A stretch of 64,000 nucleotides of DNA from Eledone cirrhosa (Eukaryota): assembly GCA_964016885.1 (NCBI GenBank), contig OZ024751.1, forward strand, positions 36,146,001 through 36,210,000, given 5' to 3'. Below, one piece after another: positions 1-13,814 of the stretch. The notes under the pieces were generated by a model, which saw nothing but the letters and a program-made list of their open reading frames with translations, did not search any database and was not told where the DNA came from. A program made the position numbers and the translations under genes. Position 1 is the stretch's first letter. The number at the start of each line of letters is the position of its first letter.

Positions 1-22
1 TGACTATTATAAAAATGATTAC

Positions 23-225
23 TAATTTAGGCACAAGGCCAGCAATTTGGGGAGAGGGGAAAGTCGATTAAATTGACCCCAGTGCATTACTGGTACTTTA
101 TTTTATCAACCCCGTAAGGATGAATTGCAAAGCTAGCCCAGACTGGATTTGAAATCAGAAGGCTAAGGGCTGTAACTCTATGGCACACAGCATGTTGTCG
201 GACACTCTACCGATACTGCCAATTT
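23..225 (-). mobile_element. tRNA-derived SINE (family S1)
   Basis: Reverse complement matches the S1 copies at 12320 and 38772: TGGCAGTATCGGTAGAG A-box-like head, TTCAAATCC B-box-like motif, CATCCTTACGGGGT-GATAAAATAAAGTACCAGT core, GGCCTTGTGCCTAAA tail. Confidence 0.8.
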
Positions 226-384
226 ATCAGATTTTAATGATGATGATGAGGATGATGGTAATGGTGTTGATCATTATGGTGATGATGATGATGATGGTGA
301 CGAAGTGATGGTGATATCAAATGGAAAACATGGTGCATATAAGTGTGATGATGATGTTAAGAGTGTAACAACGACAATGATGGA

Positions 385-1105
385 TGTGGGGAGGAAGGTG
401 GTCGTAATGATGGCGGTGTTGTGAGGAAGGTGGTCGTAATGATGGCGGTGTGGTGAGGAAGGTGGTCGTAATGATGGCGGTGTGGTGAGGAAGGGGGTCA
501 TAATGATGGCGGTGTTGTGAGGATGGCGGTGTTGTGAGGAAGGTAGTCGTAATGATGGCGGTGTTGTTAGGATGGCGGTGTTGTGAGGAAGGTGGTCATA
601 ATGATGGCGGTGTGGTGTGGAAGGGGGTCATAATGATGGCGCTGTGGTGGGGAAGGGGGTCATAATGATGGCGGTGTTGTGAGGAAGGGAGTCGTAATGA
701 TGGCGGTGTGGTGGGGAAGGTGGTCGTAATGATGGCGGTGTGATGGGGAAGGTGGTCGTAATGATGGCGGTGTTGTGAGGAAGGTGGTCGTAATGATGGC
801 GGTGTGGTGTGGTGGGGAAGGTGTTCGTAATGATGGCGGTGTGGTGTGGTGGGGAAGGTGGTCGTAATGATGGCGGTGTGGTGTGGTGGGGAAGGTGGTC
901 GTAATGATGGCGGTGTGGTGTGGTGGGGAAGGTGGTCGTAATGATGGCGGTGTGGTGTGGTGGGGAAGGTGTTCGTAATGATGGCGGTGTGGTGTGGTGG
1001 GGAAGGTGGGCGTAATGATGGCGGTGTGGTGTGGTGGGGAAGGTGGGCGTAATGATGGCGATGTTGTGGGGAAGGTGGTCGTAAAGATGGCGATGTGGTG
1101 TGGAA
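385..1105. repeat. G/T-rich minisatellite, 29-34 bp unit
   Basis: Repeated GGAAGGTGGTCGTAATGATGGCGGTGTGGT(GTGGT)G. Confidence 0.95.
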
Positions 1106-1689
1106 AACTATGCATGCATGTAAGAATAAGACCGTACGATAACGATAGTCAGAGAATAATGGCGACGATGATGTTAAAATGATGACGATGGCGATGGGGA
1201 TATTAATGAGGAGAAGGAAGAGGAAGAGGAGGAGGAGGAGAAGGAAGAGGGAGATAAGGATTGAAGAAATAAGTATGATTAGCTTTAGTCATGTCTTTAC
1301 AATTTCATATAAATATTCCAACCTTAACACGGTACAAGGGAAAACGCCATCTGAGTAAAAGATTCATCTATACGCGAGGGACCATTATCGTTGTAGATAT
1401 ATATATGTATATATTTATATTTCTAATAATATATCTTTATGTACACAATGTACATAGTATTTTACATAATATTTTATTAGCATAATATTCGCTATTTATT
1501 AAAGGCCATAATAGCACGAGGTAGAAATATGGCATTTACATAATACATAAATAACAATTATTTTTCTTTCTTCGCCAAATGTCATAGGAAGTGGTCCCCA
1601 AATATTGCATGCAGATTCATGCCAGTTAGTTTTGTCTTGTTTCATAAGGACATGGCGTATTGTAACCATTAACAATTATCTCTCTGGAG

Positions 1690-1925
1690 GCATTCCATGC
1701 ACGACTTGAGACAGGTTTGCACGAGGATTTTCTTAAAGGAATTAACTGATGAGGAAGAGGAGACTTTCAGGAAATAAACCAGAATCGCAATTCTTTAAAC
1801 ATGTTTAGCCTGTGTTTAAAAAAGCAGACAGTTTGGCATGTACAGCCATTTTGTATTTGTTGTTAACGTAGTAGGAGAGATAAGATCTTAAGAATTAAAG
1901 CTGAAGAACATTTCAAATAAGGCGA
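1690..1925 (-). pseudogene. Possible decayed 3' end of an L2/CR1-group LINE ORF2
   Basis: Minus strand reads ...SSSVNSFKKIL..., resembling the 'WN.LP..L.SSS...FK..L' LINE terminus. Heavily degraded. Confidence 0.3.
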
Positions 1926-2157
1926 TGTTGTTACTATATGTTGTTTATCGTCGTTGAAATATTAGTAAAACTACACATGTACATATTCATATTAAAATAT
2001 GTAGTTGAAAATGTACGTGTTGCCCATATATATATATATATATATACATATATGTGTGTGTGTGTGTGTGTATTTATATATATGTGTATATATATGTGTA
2101 TATATATTTGTGTATATATATGTGTATATATACATGTATATATATATATGTGTATAT

Positions 2158-2215
<58 letters not shown>

Positions 2216-2246
2216 ATATATACGTGTGTGTATGTATATATATATA

Positions 2247-2342
2247 CTGGGTGTCCCCCAAAAAATGTATGCACACATCAACAGCTTACTAATAAATATT
2301 GCCTGTACATGTAATCAAACTGTATACATTTTTGGGCACACC

Positions 2343-2345
<3 letters not shown>
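2247..2345. mobile_element. ~100-bp Tc1/mariner-type MITE
   Basis: Imperfect TIRs C(T)GGGTGTCCCCCAAAAAATGTAT / ATACATTTTTGGGCACACCCTG flanked by TA. An inverted second copy lies at 8877-8985. Confidence 0.75.
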
Positions 2346-2398
<53 letters not shown>

Positions 2399-3865
2399 AC
2401 ACACACACACAGACACACACACACACACACATATATATATTTATATGTATACTTATGTATGTATATACATATATAAAATACCCGTGTTAGTTGGGTGTAA
2501 AATTTAAGGCGTCACAACAAATTTAGTTCCGTGATAAATGTGTGATCTTTGCCGCCGCTTCTTTAGCTGAGAATAATGCGTCAGAAACCCTGTATTGTTA
2601 TGAAGGTCGATCTGACCTACTAAATGGCATGTAAATCTCCATTTTAATTAAAACAGTAAAAATATTTTCTGCTTTCTAAATTCAATTTAAACTTGAATAT
2701 GTCACCTATGCAAATGGCTGTTGAAATATATTGTAGAACAGCCACGATTTTTAACATTTAGTTTGATATTGCTCACATTAATTTATTTGCAAGTTAAATA
2801 ATATATATATTTTCAAACAAAATGTTATATACCTTTTAGGAAATATATGAAGCATTTTGTACTGTAGCACACATACAAAAAAAAAAAAAGATATATATGT
2901 ATTGACGATATTGCTAACATAATTTAAATTTACAGTGACATATGCATTTTCCATTATCGAGTGTAAATTACAACTTAATGTATTTTCATTCTCTCCTTTT
3001 TTTTAGCTGATCTCCCATCACTTGTTTTCCCATTAAGGCTTAAGTCGTGGAAACAATCAGAGAAACCATTGAATGCAATCTATAAAGTAATAGACAATGA
3101 GAAAAGAAGTATTATTTTATTGAAATAAATGAAAGGAAGTGTATAAATTGATATATTGTCAAGTGATGAATATATAACTTATGCTCACATATGAAAAACA
3201 ACTAAAGTAATTTGAAATATATTGTTTTAATTTTGTGTGTTATATATTGTATTTCAATTTCAAATATATAACTAGACATCTAGAATCATGCATTGTCGTC
3301 AAAAGCAAGTATATAAGAGATTCAAAATCAAACTAAAAGGATATTTAAACAAACAGATGAATAGAAACAGCAGTATATCTCATTGAAATCAATCCATAAA
3401 GTTAAATATTCCACTATTCTCAACCATTATCTCGCAGCTGGTACCGATATACAGAATATCTAATACACTCTGAATAGAGATTCATCTTGAATTACGAAAT
3501 GCATCAAAAGATGTGAAAATCGCAAGCATTTTGAAATATAACATATAAATTAAAGTGAACACATTTATAAAAAAAAACAACAAAAAAAACATATTTCTAT
3601 ACTAGAACATTTACTGAAATAGGTTCGAAATAACAAGGAAGTAACGAGAGAGTCATATTACTAAACGCCCACAAATTCTTGCTAATTTTCAAAATTATTT
3701 GAAAACGAAAGATAGTGCAGTTGATTAGAATATGACGATGGAAGTGTTATGTTCCAAATACTAATTTAACGATGTGCAAATTAGTTACTTGTATATTACT
3801 AATTCCCAACAAATAGTGCCTTTCATTGTACATATCTAAAAACCTTCCATCATAATTTTATATAA

Positions 3866-4073
3866 GTCATCACCATCATCATCACTCGTCGACTACTGTC
3901 GAGATGATGGATCTCACTCTCATGCCCCAGAATCCCCTGTCCCCCATCGCTGCCCCCAGGTCCTGTCTGCTGATTCCCGTATCCCTAGAGATAACGTCAG
4001 GGAATGACAGCTTCCTACTCCTAGTCAGGCTGGAGTCAGGGTTCCAGAGCAACTGTGTTAAGATACATACCAA
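3866..4073 (-). pseudogene. 3' end of an RTE-X-like LINE with (TGA)n tail
   Basis: Translation LLWNPDSSLTRSRKLSFPDVISRDTGISRQDLGAAMGDRGFW fits the RTE-X C-terminal pattern 'LLW.P...D....DTG....L..AM.DR..W'. A short TGA repeat follows. Confidence 0.7.
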
Positions 4074-4084
4074 ACAACATTTTA

Positions 4085-4350
4085 ATAATGAGAGAACTCC
4101 GATACTATGGGCATGTGATGTGGCTAGAATCTCTCAGGAAAGAATCATTGGACAGATATTTAGGGGCCAAACCAACTGGTAGAAGACGCTGGAGTAGACC
4201 CCCCGAGTAAGATGGCTAGATAATATCTGAGGAGTTTGGCTGGTCTCGTTTGGGAGATCCAGTGGGATCAGTTGGAGATGGTTGCTTCTGATAGGACCCC
4301 TGGAAGTAGTGTTTGAGGACTCTGTCCCCGAGACCCTTTCCGGAATAAGG
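4085..4350 (+). pseudogene. 3' end of an RTE (Expander/Rex3-like) LINE, frameshifted
   Basis: Pieces LRYYGHV / RISQERIIGQIF / KPTGRRRWSRP / VRWLDNI / LSPRP match the RTE C-terminus. Followed directly by a GAA-type tail. Confidence 0.75.
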
Positions 4351-4792
4351 GAGAAGAAGAAGAAGAAGAAGAAGAAGAAAAAAAAGAAGACGAAAAAGAA
4401 GAAGAAGACGAAAAAGACGAAGAAGACGAAAAAGACGAAAAAGACGAAAAAGACGAAAAAGACGAAAAAGACGAAGACGAAAAAGACGAAGACGAAAAAG
4501 ACGAAGACGAAGACGAAAAAGAAGACGAAAAAGAAGACGAAAAAGAAGAAGACGAAAAAGAAGAAAAAGAAAAAGAAGAAAAAGAAGAAAAAGAAGAAGA
4601 AGAAGAAGAAGAAGAAAAAGACGAAAAAGACGAAAAAGACGAAAAAGACGAAAAAGACGAAGACAAAGAAGTAGAAGAAAAAGAAGAAACAGAAAAAGAA
4701 GAAAAAGAAGAAAAAGAAGAAAAAGAAGAAAAAGAAGAACAAGAAGAAAAAGCAGAAGAAGAAGAAGACTAGAAGATAAAGAAGACGAAAAA
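4351..4792. repeat. (GAA/GAC/AAA)n compound microsatellite, expanded LINE tail
   Basis: Direct reading. Source of the poly-F/K/S pseudo-ORFs. Confidence 0.95.
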
Positions 4793-5335
4793 GAAATTAC
4801 ATTCCTCCAAATTCTTGATTATTTCAAAATTGTTTGAACATCTTTTAAAGTGTTACGTTTCTCTCTGACTACAAATTGTATTTATTATAAACCTTTATTA
4901 TTTTCACAATTCAATTCTAACCGGTCTCTAAGTTTTATGATGTATCAGGGTAATAGTGTGTTGGTTCTGTGCTTCAGGTTACACCAATATCATAGTATTT
5001 ACCTGTGTAATCTTCCGTGTGGTGAAACCAGGAGGTTGAATCATTCGTCAATGTTATATAATATTAGTTCTTGATAATTTCATATTGGCTAAGCTAAATC
5101 AGCATCATAGAGTTTAGTTAGGAACAGAGAAAGAGAGAGATGGTAGGAAGAGGGAGAGAGTGTGAGCGGAAGAGAGAGAGAGAGTGAGAGTGAGAGAGAG
5201 AGAGAGAGAGTGAAAGTGGGAGAGAGAGAGAGTGAAAGTGGGAGAGAGGGGAGAAGAGGGAAGGACAACGAGGAGTAAAGAGTTAAAGAGTGAGAAAGAA
5301 TGAGAGAGAGCGAGTGAGAGAGAGCGAGAGAGAGC

Positions 5336-5397
<62 letters not shown>

Positions 5398-5662
5398 GAG
5401 TGTGTGTGAATGAAAGAACGCAGAGCAAAAAAAAAGGAATAACTCACAGTGTCAACGCCAGTGGAAATGATTGTGACGTTTAAGACTATGACGACAGTGG
5501 CGCTGAAGGTACTGCTGCTGCTGCTGCTGATGATGATGATGGTAGAATTGATGGTGACGATGGCGATAAAGATATTGTAATAATGTTGGAGAAGGTAAAG
5601 GTGGAGCGGACGATAAACATGAAACTGTGTCTATGATAATGACGTCAATGACGATAACTATC

Positions 5663-5950
5663 ATTATCGGTAGAGCGTCAGACACCATACTTTGCAGCAT
5701 AGAGTTATGGCCCCTTACATTCTGAGTTTGAGTTCAAATCCCAGCGAGGTTAACTTTACGGGGGTCGATAAAATGAAGTAATACACTGTGGGGTAACTGT
5801 TGGCCTTGTACCAAAAGTAGAACGATAAAATAAAGTACCAGTAATACACTGTGGGGTAACTGTTGGCCTTGTACCAAAAGTAGAACGATAAAATAAAGTA
5901 CCAGTAATACACTGGGGTAACTGTTGGCCTTGTACCAAAAGTAGAAACAA
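5663..5950 (+). mobile_element. S1 SINE with triplicated ~60-bp 3' segment
   Basis: Head TATCGGTAGAGCGTCAGAC, GAGTTCAAATCCC, then three copies of CGATAAAAT...AGTAATACACTG..GGTAACTGTTGGCCTTGTACCAAAAGTAGAA. Confidence 0.85.
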
Positions 5951-5961
5951 TTATTAATATT

Positions 5962-6140
5962 ATTGGCAGTATCGGTAGAGGGTTGGATTATGCTTTCCAG
6001 CAGAGTTACGTCCCTTTACGATCTGAGTTCAATTCCCGCCGAGGTTAACTTTGCCTTTCATCCTTACAGGGTCGATAAAATAAAGTACCAGTAATGCACT
6101 GGGACAATTGCTGGCCTTGTGCCTAAAGTAGAAACAATTA
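5962..6140 (+). mobile_element. S1 SINE, tandem with the previous copy
   Basis: TTGGCAGTATCGGTAGAG...GAGTTCAATTCCCGCCGAGGTTAACTTTGCCTTTCATCC...GTAGAAACAATTA. Confidence 0.9.
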
Positions 6141-6189
6141 TTATTGTTGTTGTTTTTGTTATTAATACCATTATTACTATTAGGACACT

Positions 6190-6452
6190 GATGGGTAGGG
6201 GGTAGGAGGGTGTATGAGTAGGGGGAGGAGGGTGTATGAGTAGGGGGAGGAGGGTGTATGAATAGGGGGAGGGTGGTGTGTGAGTAGGGGGAGGAGGGTG
6301 TGTGAGTAGGGGGAGGGTGGTGTGTGATTAGGGGAGAGGGTGTATCATTAGGAGGAGGGCTGTATGAGTAGGGGAGGGGTGTATCATTAGGAGGAGGGGG
6401 TATATGAGTAGGGGAGGAGGTGTATCATTAGGAGGAGGAGGTGTATGAGTAG
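6190..6452. repeat. G-rich ~21-22 bp minisatellite
   Basis: Repeated GAGTAGGGGGAGGAGGGTGTAT. Confidence 0.9.
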
Positions 6453-6664
6453 TAGGCTGTAATGAAGATATGGTAACAATGTCTTGCTCAGCGCCATTGC
6501 GATTCAAATTCAGTTGTTTGTTTGTTTGTTCTTTTTCCCCCTCTCTGTTCGGGATTGTCTCTGGCTTGGCTGTTGTGTGGTTGATATAATTATATGTTGT
6601 AGAGGTGGCTCTTCAATGTCACACTTAAACATCCCCCGTCATATTGCCAGCAGAAAATAATTGA

Positions 6665-6685
6665 CACATCACCATTATCATAATT

Positions 6686-6719
<34 letters not shown>

Positions 6720-7275
6720 ATCATCATCAGAAAAATTATCATCATAGCCTCATCATCATCATCATCAACGTCATCATCATCGTCATCATCATCGTCATCA
6801 TCATCACCATCATCAACATCAACACCATAACCAGAATCATCATCATCATCATCATCATAGTTATCATTATCATCAACACCACCTCAAAACATTATCATCG
6901 TATCATCACCATCACCATCACCATCATCGTATTCAACACCATCACAATCAACATCGTCAACACCATCACTATCGTTATCATGATCGTAGTCGTCATCACC
7001 ACTACCATCATCGTCATCGCCGTCATCACCATCTTCGTCGTCATCACCATCACCATCATAGTCGTCAAACACCATCACCATCATCACCATCACCATCACC
7101 ATCGTCGTCAATATCATCACCATCACCGCCATCACCATCATCGTCAACATCATCACCATCATCACCATCATCGTCAACACCATCACGATCATCACCATCA
7201 TCCTCGTCAACATCATCACCATCATCACATCAACACCACCAACATCATCATCATCATCATCATCGGTATCATGAT
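6665..7275. repeat. Degenerate (CAT/CAC/CGT)n microsatellite
   Basis: Direct reading. Confidence 0.95.
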
Positions 7276-7793
7276 CGTTATCAGTAACCATCCGTGGTCT
7301 AACATAGAGAAGTAATACTGTAACAGCTATCAAACGTAATATCTGTTTCGTCGTCCTCATCTTCTCCTCAGCCGCCATTACAACATTCCCTTACGTCACC
7401 AGGATCAACACAAACATCCGTACTACCACCATTATAATTATTATTATTGTTATTATTATTATTGACAACATTATCAACAGCAATACGGTCATTATAAGAT
7501 TACAATAAGTTTATATATCATAATCGATACAATGTTGTGATGATATCGGTAGAGTGATTGGTGGGCAATCATTACATCGTTGTAGAAACTTTGGAAATAT
7601 TAATATCCGGGTATATAATGGAAATAATTGAGATGTTCCACCATGAAACTGGAGTAGAATTATCAATAATGACGAAGATGGCGTCATTCTTAGTGACAAC
7701 ACTTACAAGTATGGCAGTGTTTACATTTATGCAATGGAAAATTCAAGAACAGATTTCACACTCTACTGAGGAATCAAATATTATATTATATAC

Positions 7794-8021
<228 letters not shown>

Positions 8022-8025
<4 letters not shown>

Positions 8026-8468
8026 AATGAATAATAACAGGTAGACATCATAAAAAGGTAATTTATTCTGTGTGCTTACAAATGTTTCCACGGTGGTTGT
8101 ACAGTCTAGTTTTGCTACGTGCAAATTTATAACTATTTGCAAAACTCAATTATCAAATGCTGTGACCACTGTATCATCAGAGCAGAATGGTTAAAATGTA
8201 CAATGTAAATACCCTTAAGGGAGGTTATTGTGGAAGATAGAGTAGAAAGGGAAGAGAGAAAAGAATGGGAGAGGGAGAGAGAGAGATATGCAGGGGTTGG
8301 AGAAATGGGAGAGAGTGGTTTGTAGATATCTTAATCAAAATGTTGTGGTAGGGGTTTTATTATACTGGTTACTCTTAAAGCGACCACCTTAAGCGATGCG
8401 TTGATAGTCAAGGTTGGAATTATTTATTGCCACAGAGGGCAGGTTCATAGATGTGGAGAGGGAGGTGG

Positions 8469-8541
<73 letters not shown>

Positions 8542-8850
8542 TGGATAGAGAGGGAGAGATAGAGAGGGGACAGACGAAAGCTTTGGGAAGGGTGTACATT
8601 GAATTCATAGTAGTAGTCTACAAATTGCACTAAGTTTCCATTTATAGTGATAAGCAGGGTATTGTCTTGTAGTGTGGGGGAAGAGAAAGTGGTTAGCTAG
8701 ATGGCAATGTTAAAGTTACGGGTTCGAATGTTAAGTTATTTTATAGTGAGAGAATTTAGCCTTCAGTTTGTGGTTGCAGTATAATGATCGTTCGATTCTA
8801 TCATTTAGTAATTTATTTTTGGATTTTAAGATGTAAAATCCTATACCTAA
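8022..8850 (-). mobile_element. Strongly 5'-truncated Penelope-like element (endonuclease C-terminal tail + 3' UTR + HHR) in (TA)n
   Basis: Minus strand 8841-8731 translates GFYILKSKNKLLNDRIERSLYCNHKLKAKFSHYKIT*, resembling the 'I....LLN.R.E....C.H' tail of PLE GIY-YIG domains. A (CT)n-containing UTR follows, then an HHR and AATAAA. (TA)n lies on both sides. Confidence 0.7.
8073..8184 (-). ncRNA. Type I hammerhead ribozyme motif (H1)
   Basis: TGCT-CTGATGA-TACAGTGGT...ACCACCGTG-GAAA-CATTTG-TA-AGCA: stem I TGCT/AGCA, long stem II, short stem III, GUA cleavage site. Confidence 0.75.
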
Positions 8851-8876
8851 TATATATATATATATATATGTGTATA

Positions 8877-8985
8877 TAGGGTGTCCCTAAAATATGTATG
8901 AACACTTTGATTACCTGTACAGGCAATATTTATTATAATACTGTTGAAGGGTGTATACATTTTTTTGGAGGGGGGGGGCACCCTG
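8877..8985. mobile_element. Tc1/mariner-type MITE, second copy
   Basis: Same TIRs as 2247-2345. Internal TTTGATTAC.TGTACAGGCAATATTTATT is the reverse complement of that copy. Confidence 0.75.
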
Positions 8986-8997
8986 TATATATATATA

Positions 8998-9185
8998 TTG
9001 CTTAATGGGTCTGGGGTCGTTCTCCTTAGTGGTCCAAGAAGCTTGATCGTGCGTAGAGCCGACCAGGTCCATCAATGACCTACATCACTAATGTTCTTGT
9101 ACCAGCTCTTCTACGTCCTCCATGTTAAGGTCGAGCCTCTGGAGATCTTCCTTAACCCAATCCAAACATCTAGATGCGCAACACA
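8998..9185 (-). pseudogene. 3' end of an RTE-type LINE
   Basis: Translation RCLDWVKEDLQRLDLNMEDVEELVQEH resembles the RTE terminal 'RW.D.V.EDL.......E...DR..W' helix. Confidence 0.55.
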
Positions 9186-9249
9186 TGGTGTAAATATCAA
9201 GATACTGAGTAACGAGAATTATTAATACAATAATAACATCGTCACTAAA

Positions 9250-9999
9250 TATAATAGAAATTATAATAGCAACAGCAGCAACAACAATAGCCATTGCAGC
9301 AACAACAATAACAACTACAGCAACAGCAGCAACAACAACAATAACCATTGCAACAATAACAACAACAGCGGCAGCAGTTTCAACAATAATGGTATCCAAG
9401 TGTAGATTTTTTTTAGTTAATCCCAGCAAGAAAAATAAGAATAGCTACAATTGTAACATTAATAAGATGGAGAAAATGGTATGGAATAAAAATATATCAA
9501 AAAACAACAGCAAAATATGTGGCAACAACTAAATATTAATAAAAACAACAACAACAATTACGGGATCAAGAGCAAAAGCTGTAGAAACAACAGCACAGCA
9601 ACAACAACAACACGAACAACACAATCAACCAGAGCAATCAACTCTTTGGATTGTAATAATGTTATAAAATGCAATAACAATAACAGTTGAAATAGAGAGG
9701 AAAATAATTGCAACAACAGCAACAGGAACAACAACAACAACAACAACAACAGCAACAGCAACAACAACAACAACAACAGCAACAGCAACAGCAACAACAA
9801 CAACAATGTTAAAAACCACAACAAAAGCCACAACAGCGGTTATAATACCTGCAAATATGGCGGCATAACAACATTGCAGGATCTAATAAACAACAAGAGC
9901 AGCAGTAGCAATAGTAGTGGTGGTGGTAGTAGTAGTAGTATTAGTAGTAGTAGTAACAGCAACAATAATAATAACAAAAATACCAACAACAGCAACAAT

Positions 10000-10034
<35 letters not shown>

Positions 10035-11435
10035 AAGCAACAACAACAACAAAAAACACCAACAATAACAACAACAGCACCAAAGACTACTACCATTACA
10101 ACTACAACAACAACAGCAATGACTACTACTACCACAACAACAACAACAGCATCAAACACTACTACTACCACTACAACAGCAACAACAACAACAACAGCAT
10201 CAAACGCTACTACTACCACTACAACAGCAACAACAACACCACCAAACACTACTACTACCGCTACCACAGCAACAACAACAACAGCATCAAACACTGCTAC
10301 TACTACCACTACAACAGCAACAACAACACCACCAAACACTACTACTACCGCTACCACAGCAACAACAACAACAGCATCAAACACTGCTACTACTACCACT
10401 ACAACAGCAACAACAACACCACCAAACACTACTACTACCGCTACCACAGCAACAACAACAACAGCATCAAACACTGCTACTACTACCACTACAACAGCAA
10501 CAACAACACCACCAAACACTACTACTACCGCTACCACAGCAACAACGATAACAGCATCAAACACTGCTACTACTACCACTACAACAGCAACAACAACACC
10601 ACCAAACACTACTACTACCGCTACCACAGCAACAACAACAACAGCATCAAACACTGCTACTACTACCACTACAACAGCAACAACAACACCACCAAACACT
10701 ACTACTACCGCTACCACAGCAACAACGATAACAGCATCAAACACTGCTACTACTACCACTACAACAGCAACAACAACACCACCAAACACTACTACTACCG
10801 CTACCACAGCAACAACAACAACAGCATCAAACACTGCTACTACTACCACTACAACAGCAACAACAACACCACCAAACACTACTACTACCGCTACCACAGC
10901 AACAACAACAACAGCATCAAACACTACTACTACCGCTACCACAGCATCAAACACTACTACTACTACTACCACTACAACAACAACAGCACCAAGCACTACT
11001 ACTACCACTACAACAACAACAACAACAACAACAACGACTAGAATGATATAACGAAGACAGTCATTAACAGCAACAAAATTAGTAAAAACACCAGTAATAA
11101 ATAAAACAACACCACCACCACCAGCATCAATACCACCTACACCATCAATACCACCACCTACACCACCACCACCAATGCCACCACCACCACCAATACCACC
11201 ACCACCATCAATACCACCACCAATACCACCACCACCACCATCAATACCACCTACACCACCACCACCAATACCACCACCACCACCAATACCACCACCACCA
11301 CCAATACCACCACCACCACCAATACCACCACCACCACCAATACCACCACCACCACCAATACCACCACCACCAATACCACCACCACCACCACCACCAATAC
11401 CACCACCGCCATCAACAACAATAATAATAATAATA
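9250..11435. repeat. Trinucleotide-derived (CAA/CAG/TAC/CAC) low-complexity region with a 60-bp tandem array at ~10150-10940
   Basis: About 13 near-identical copies of a 60-bp unit beginning AACAGCATCAAACACTGCTACTACTACCACTACAACAGC, then a (CCA)nATA tract. Confidence 0.95.
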
Positions 11436-11550
11436 ATGTTCTGTGGAACAATATTATCACCGTTGACGATTGCAGTGACAAAAAAACGCAATTGTAAAAA
11501 TAGGGAAATTAATCTCTAAGTATTGAATATATATATATACATATATATAT

Positions 11551-11638
<88 letters not shown>

Positions 11639-11644
11639 ACATAC

Positions 11645-11678
<34 letters not shown>

Positions 11679-12319
11679 CATACAGAATACGAGAATAAGA
11701 GAATAAAAGAATGAAAAGGAATAATAAGGAAGGATAAAAAACAATAGCCAGAAAAAGGAAGGAAATGAAAGGAACTATTTTACGGTGACCTCTGGTCTTT
11801 AACAAACAGCATGCTATCAATCAGCGTACTCAAAAGGATAAATGGCTTCCACACAGTTTCATAACACAGGCATTCTTCTCTCTCTTCTCTTTCTCACACT
11901 CTCACTTTCTCTCTATCCATCTCTCTCCTACTCCTCCTCATCTCATTTTTTTTTATCTTTCTTTCTTTCTTTTGCTCTCTTTACCTCGCTTTCTGTCTCT
12001 CTATCTATTTCCCCATTTCTCTATTCACACAGTTTCATAACACACAAATTCCTCTCTCTCTGTCACTGTTCCCCTTTCTCACTCTCCTTCTTTCTCTCGA
12101 CCCATCTCTCCTCCTCCTGCTTCTCTCAATATCTCCTCCATCTCTCTCCATCTCCTCCCACTTTCGTCTTTCTGTTCCTCTCTTTCCCTCGCTCTTTGTC
12201 TCTCCCTCTATCTATTCCCCCCTCCCCACCTCTCTATTCTACTCTCTGCTATTTGCAATTCACCATTTCCATCTTTCGTTTGTTTATTTCACAAAAATCC
12301 TAATTATATTATATTATAT

Positions 12320-12506
12320 GCGGTGGATTGGCAGTATCGGTAGAGTGTCGGACGCCATGCTTTCTAGCATAGTTACGTCCCTTTACGATCTGAGTTCAAA
12401 TCCCGCCGAGGTTGACTTTGCCTTTCATCCTTACGGAGTCGATAAAATAAAGTACCAGTAATGCACTGGGTAATTGCTGGCCTTGTGCCTAAAGTAGAAA
12501 CAATTA
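12320..12506 (+). mobile_element. S1 SINE, near full length
   Basis: GCGGTGGATTGGCAGTATCGGTAGAG head, GAGTTCAAATCCC B box, TTTGCCTTTCATCCTTACGGAGTCGATAAAATAAAGTACCAG core. Confidence 0.9.
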
Positions 12507-12508
12507 TA

Positions 12509-12697
12509 TGTGGATTGGCAGTATCGGTAGAGGGTCGGACGTCATGCTTTGAAGCATAGAGTTACCTCCCTTTATGATCTGACTTCAAATCCCGCCGAGG
12601 TTAACTTTGCCTTTCATCCTTACGGGGGTCGATAAAATAAAGTACCAGTAATACACTGGAATAATTGCTGGCCTGGTGCCAAAAGTAGAAACAATTA
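12509..12697 (+). mobile_element. S1 SINE, head-to-tail with the previous copy
   Basis: Same motifs as 12320-12506. Confidence 0.9.
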
Positions 12698-13033
12698 TTT
12701 TTATATTGAATACAATGCAAGATTATTTCATCTGGTACCCTCTATATTCTAGCTACTTTGCCATCCCTTCTATAAGTCTTCAATGATTATCTTCTATAAA
12801 CCTCTTGGTGCTTCTCTGTTGTCATTTTATCTGTTTAACGCCATCACACCTCATCTGTTTGCTCCACAATTGTTCTTTTTTATACAATGGTGGGGATATC
12901 TCAGACAGGAGAAAGTTGATTTGCACGCTTTATTGGGAAAAAAAGAAAAAAAAAATTTCGATAATTCATCGTTGAAAATTACAATTTCCTCAAGGATCGA
13001 TCGATATTGTCTATTATCCGTCAGGTTAAAGGG

Positions 13034-13034
<1 letters not shown>

Positions 13035-13112
<78 letters not shown>

Positions 13113-13562
13113 CATACACACATACACATATATATATATATATATATATACACATTAACACACATATATATATATATATATATACATTAACACACATATA
13201 TACATACACACAGATATATACATACATATATCTATACAAATATACATATACATACATATATATATACATATATATATACATATATATATACATACATATA
13301 TATATACATATATATATACACATATATATATACACATATATATATACACATATATATATATACACATATATATATACACATATATATATACACATATATA
13401 TATACACATATATATATACACATATATATATACACATATATATATACACATATATATACACACATATATATATACACATATATATACACATATATATATA
13501 CATACATACATATATACATACATATATACACATATATACATACATATATATATATACATACA

Positions 13563-13598
<36 letters not shown>

Positions 13599-13778
13599 CA
13601 TATATATACATACATATATACATATATATACATACATATATATATATATACATACATACATATATATACATACATACATATATATATATACATACATACA
13701 TATATATATACATACATACATATATATATACATACATACATATATATATACATACATAAACATACATACATACATACA

Positions 13779-13814
<36 letters not shown>

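Noticed and set aside
1745-1795. CTGATGA...GAAA hammerhead-like spacing
   Set aside because: No credible stem III or adjacent stem I, and it lies antisense in a probable LINE remnant.
9917-11519. Long Thr-rich (mucin-like), His/Tyr/Asn-rich, Val/Gly-rich and Pro-rich ORFs
   Set aside because: Several frames on both strands are open because the DNA is a trinucleotide-derived 60-bp tandem array. No signal peptide, unique domain or splice support.
12320-12415. tRNA gene
   Set aside because: A/B boxes are present but there is no cloverleaf. It is a multicopy SINE head.
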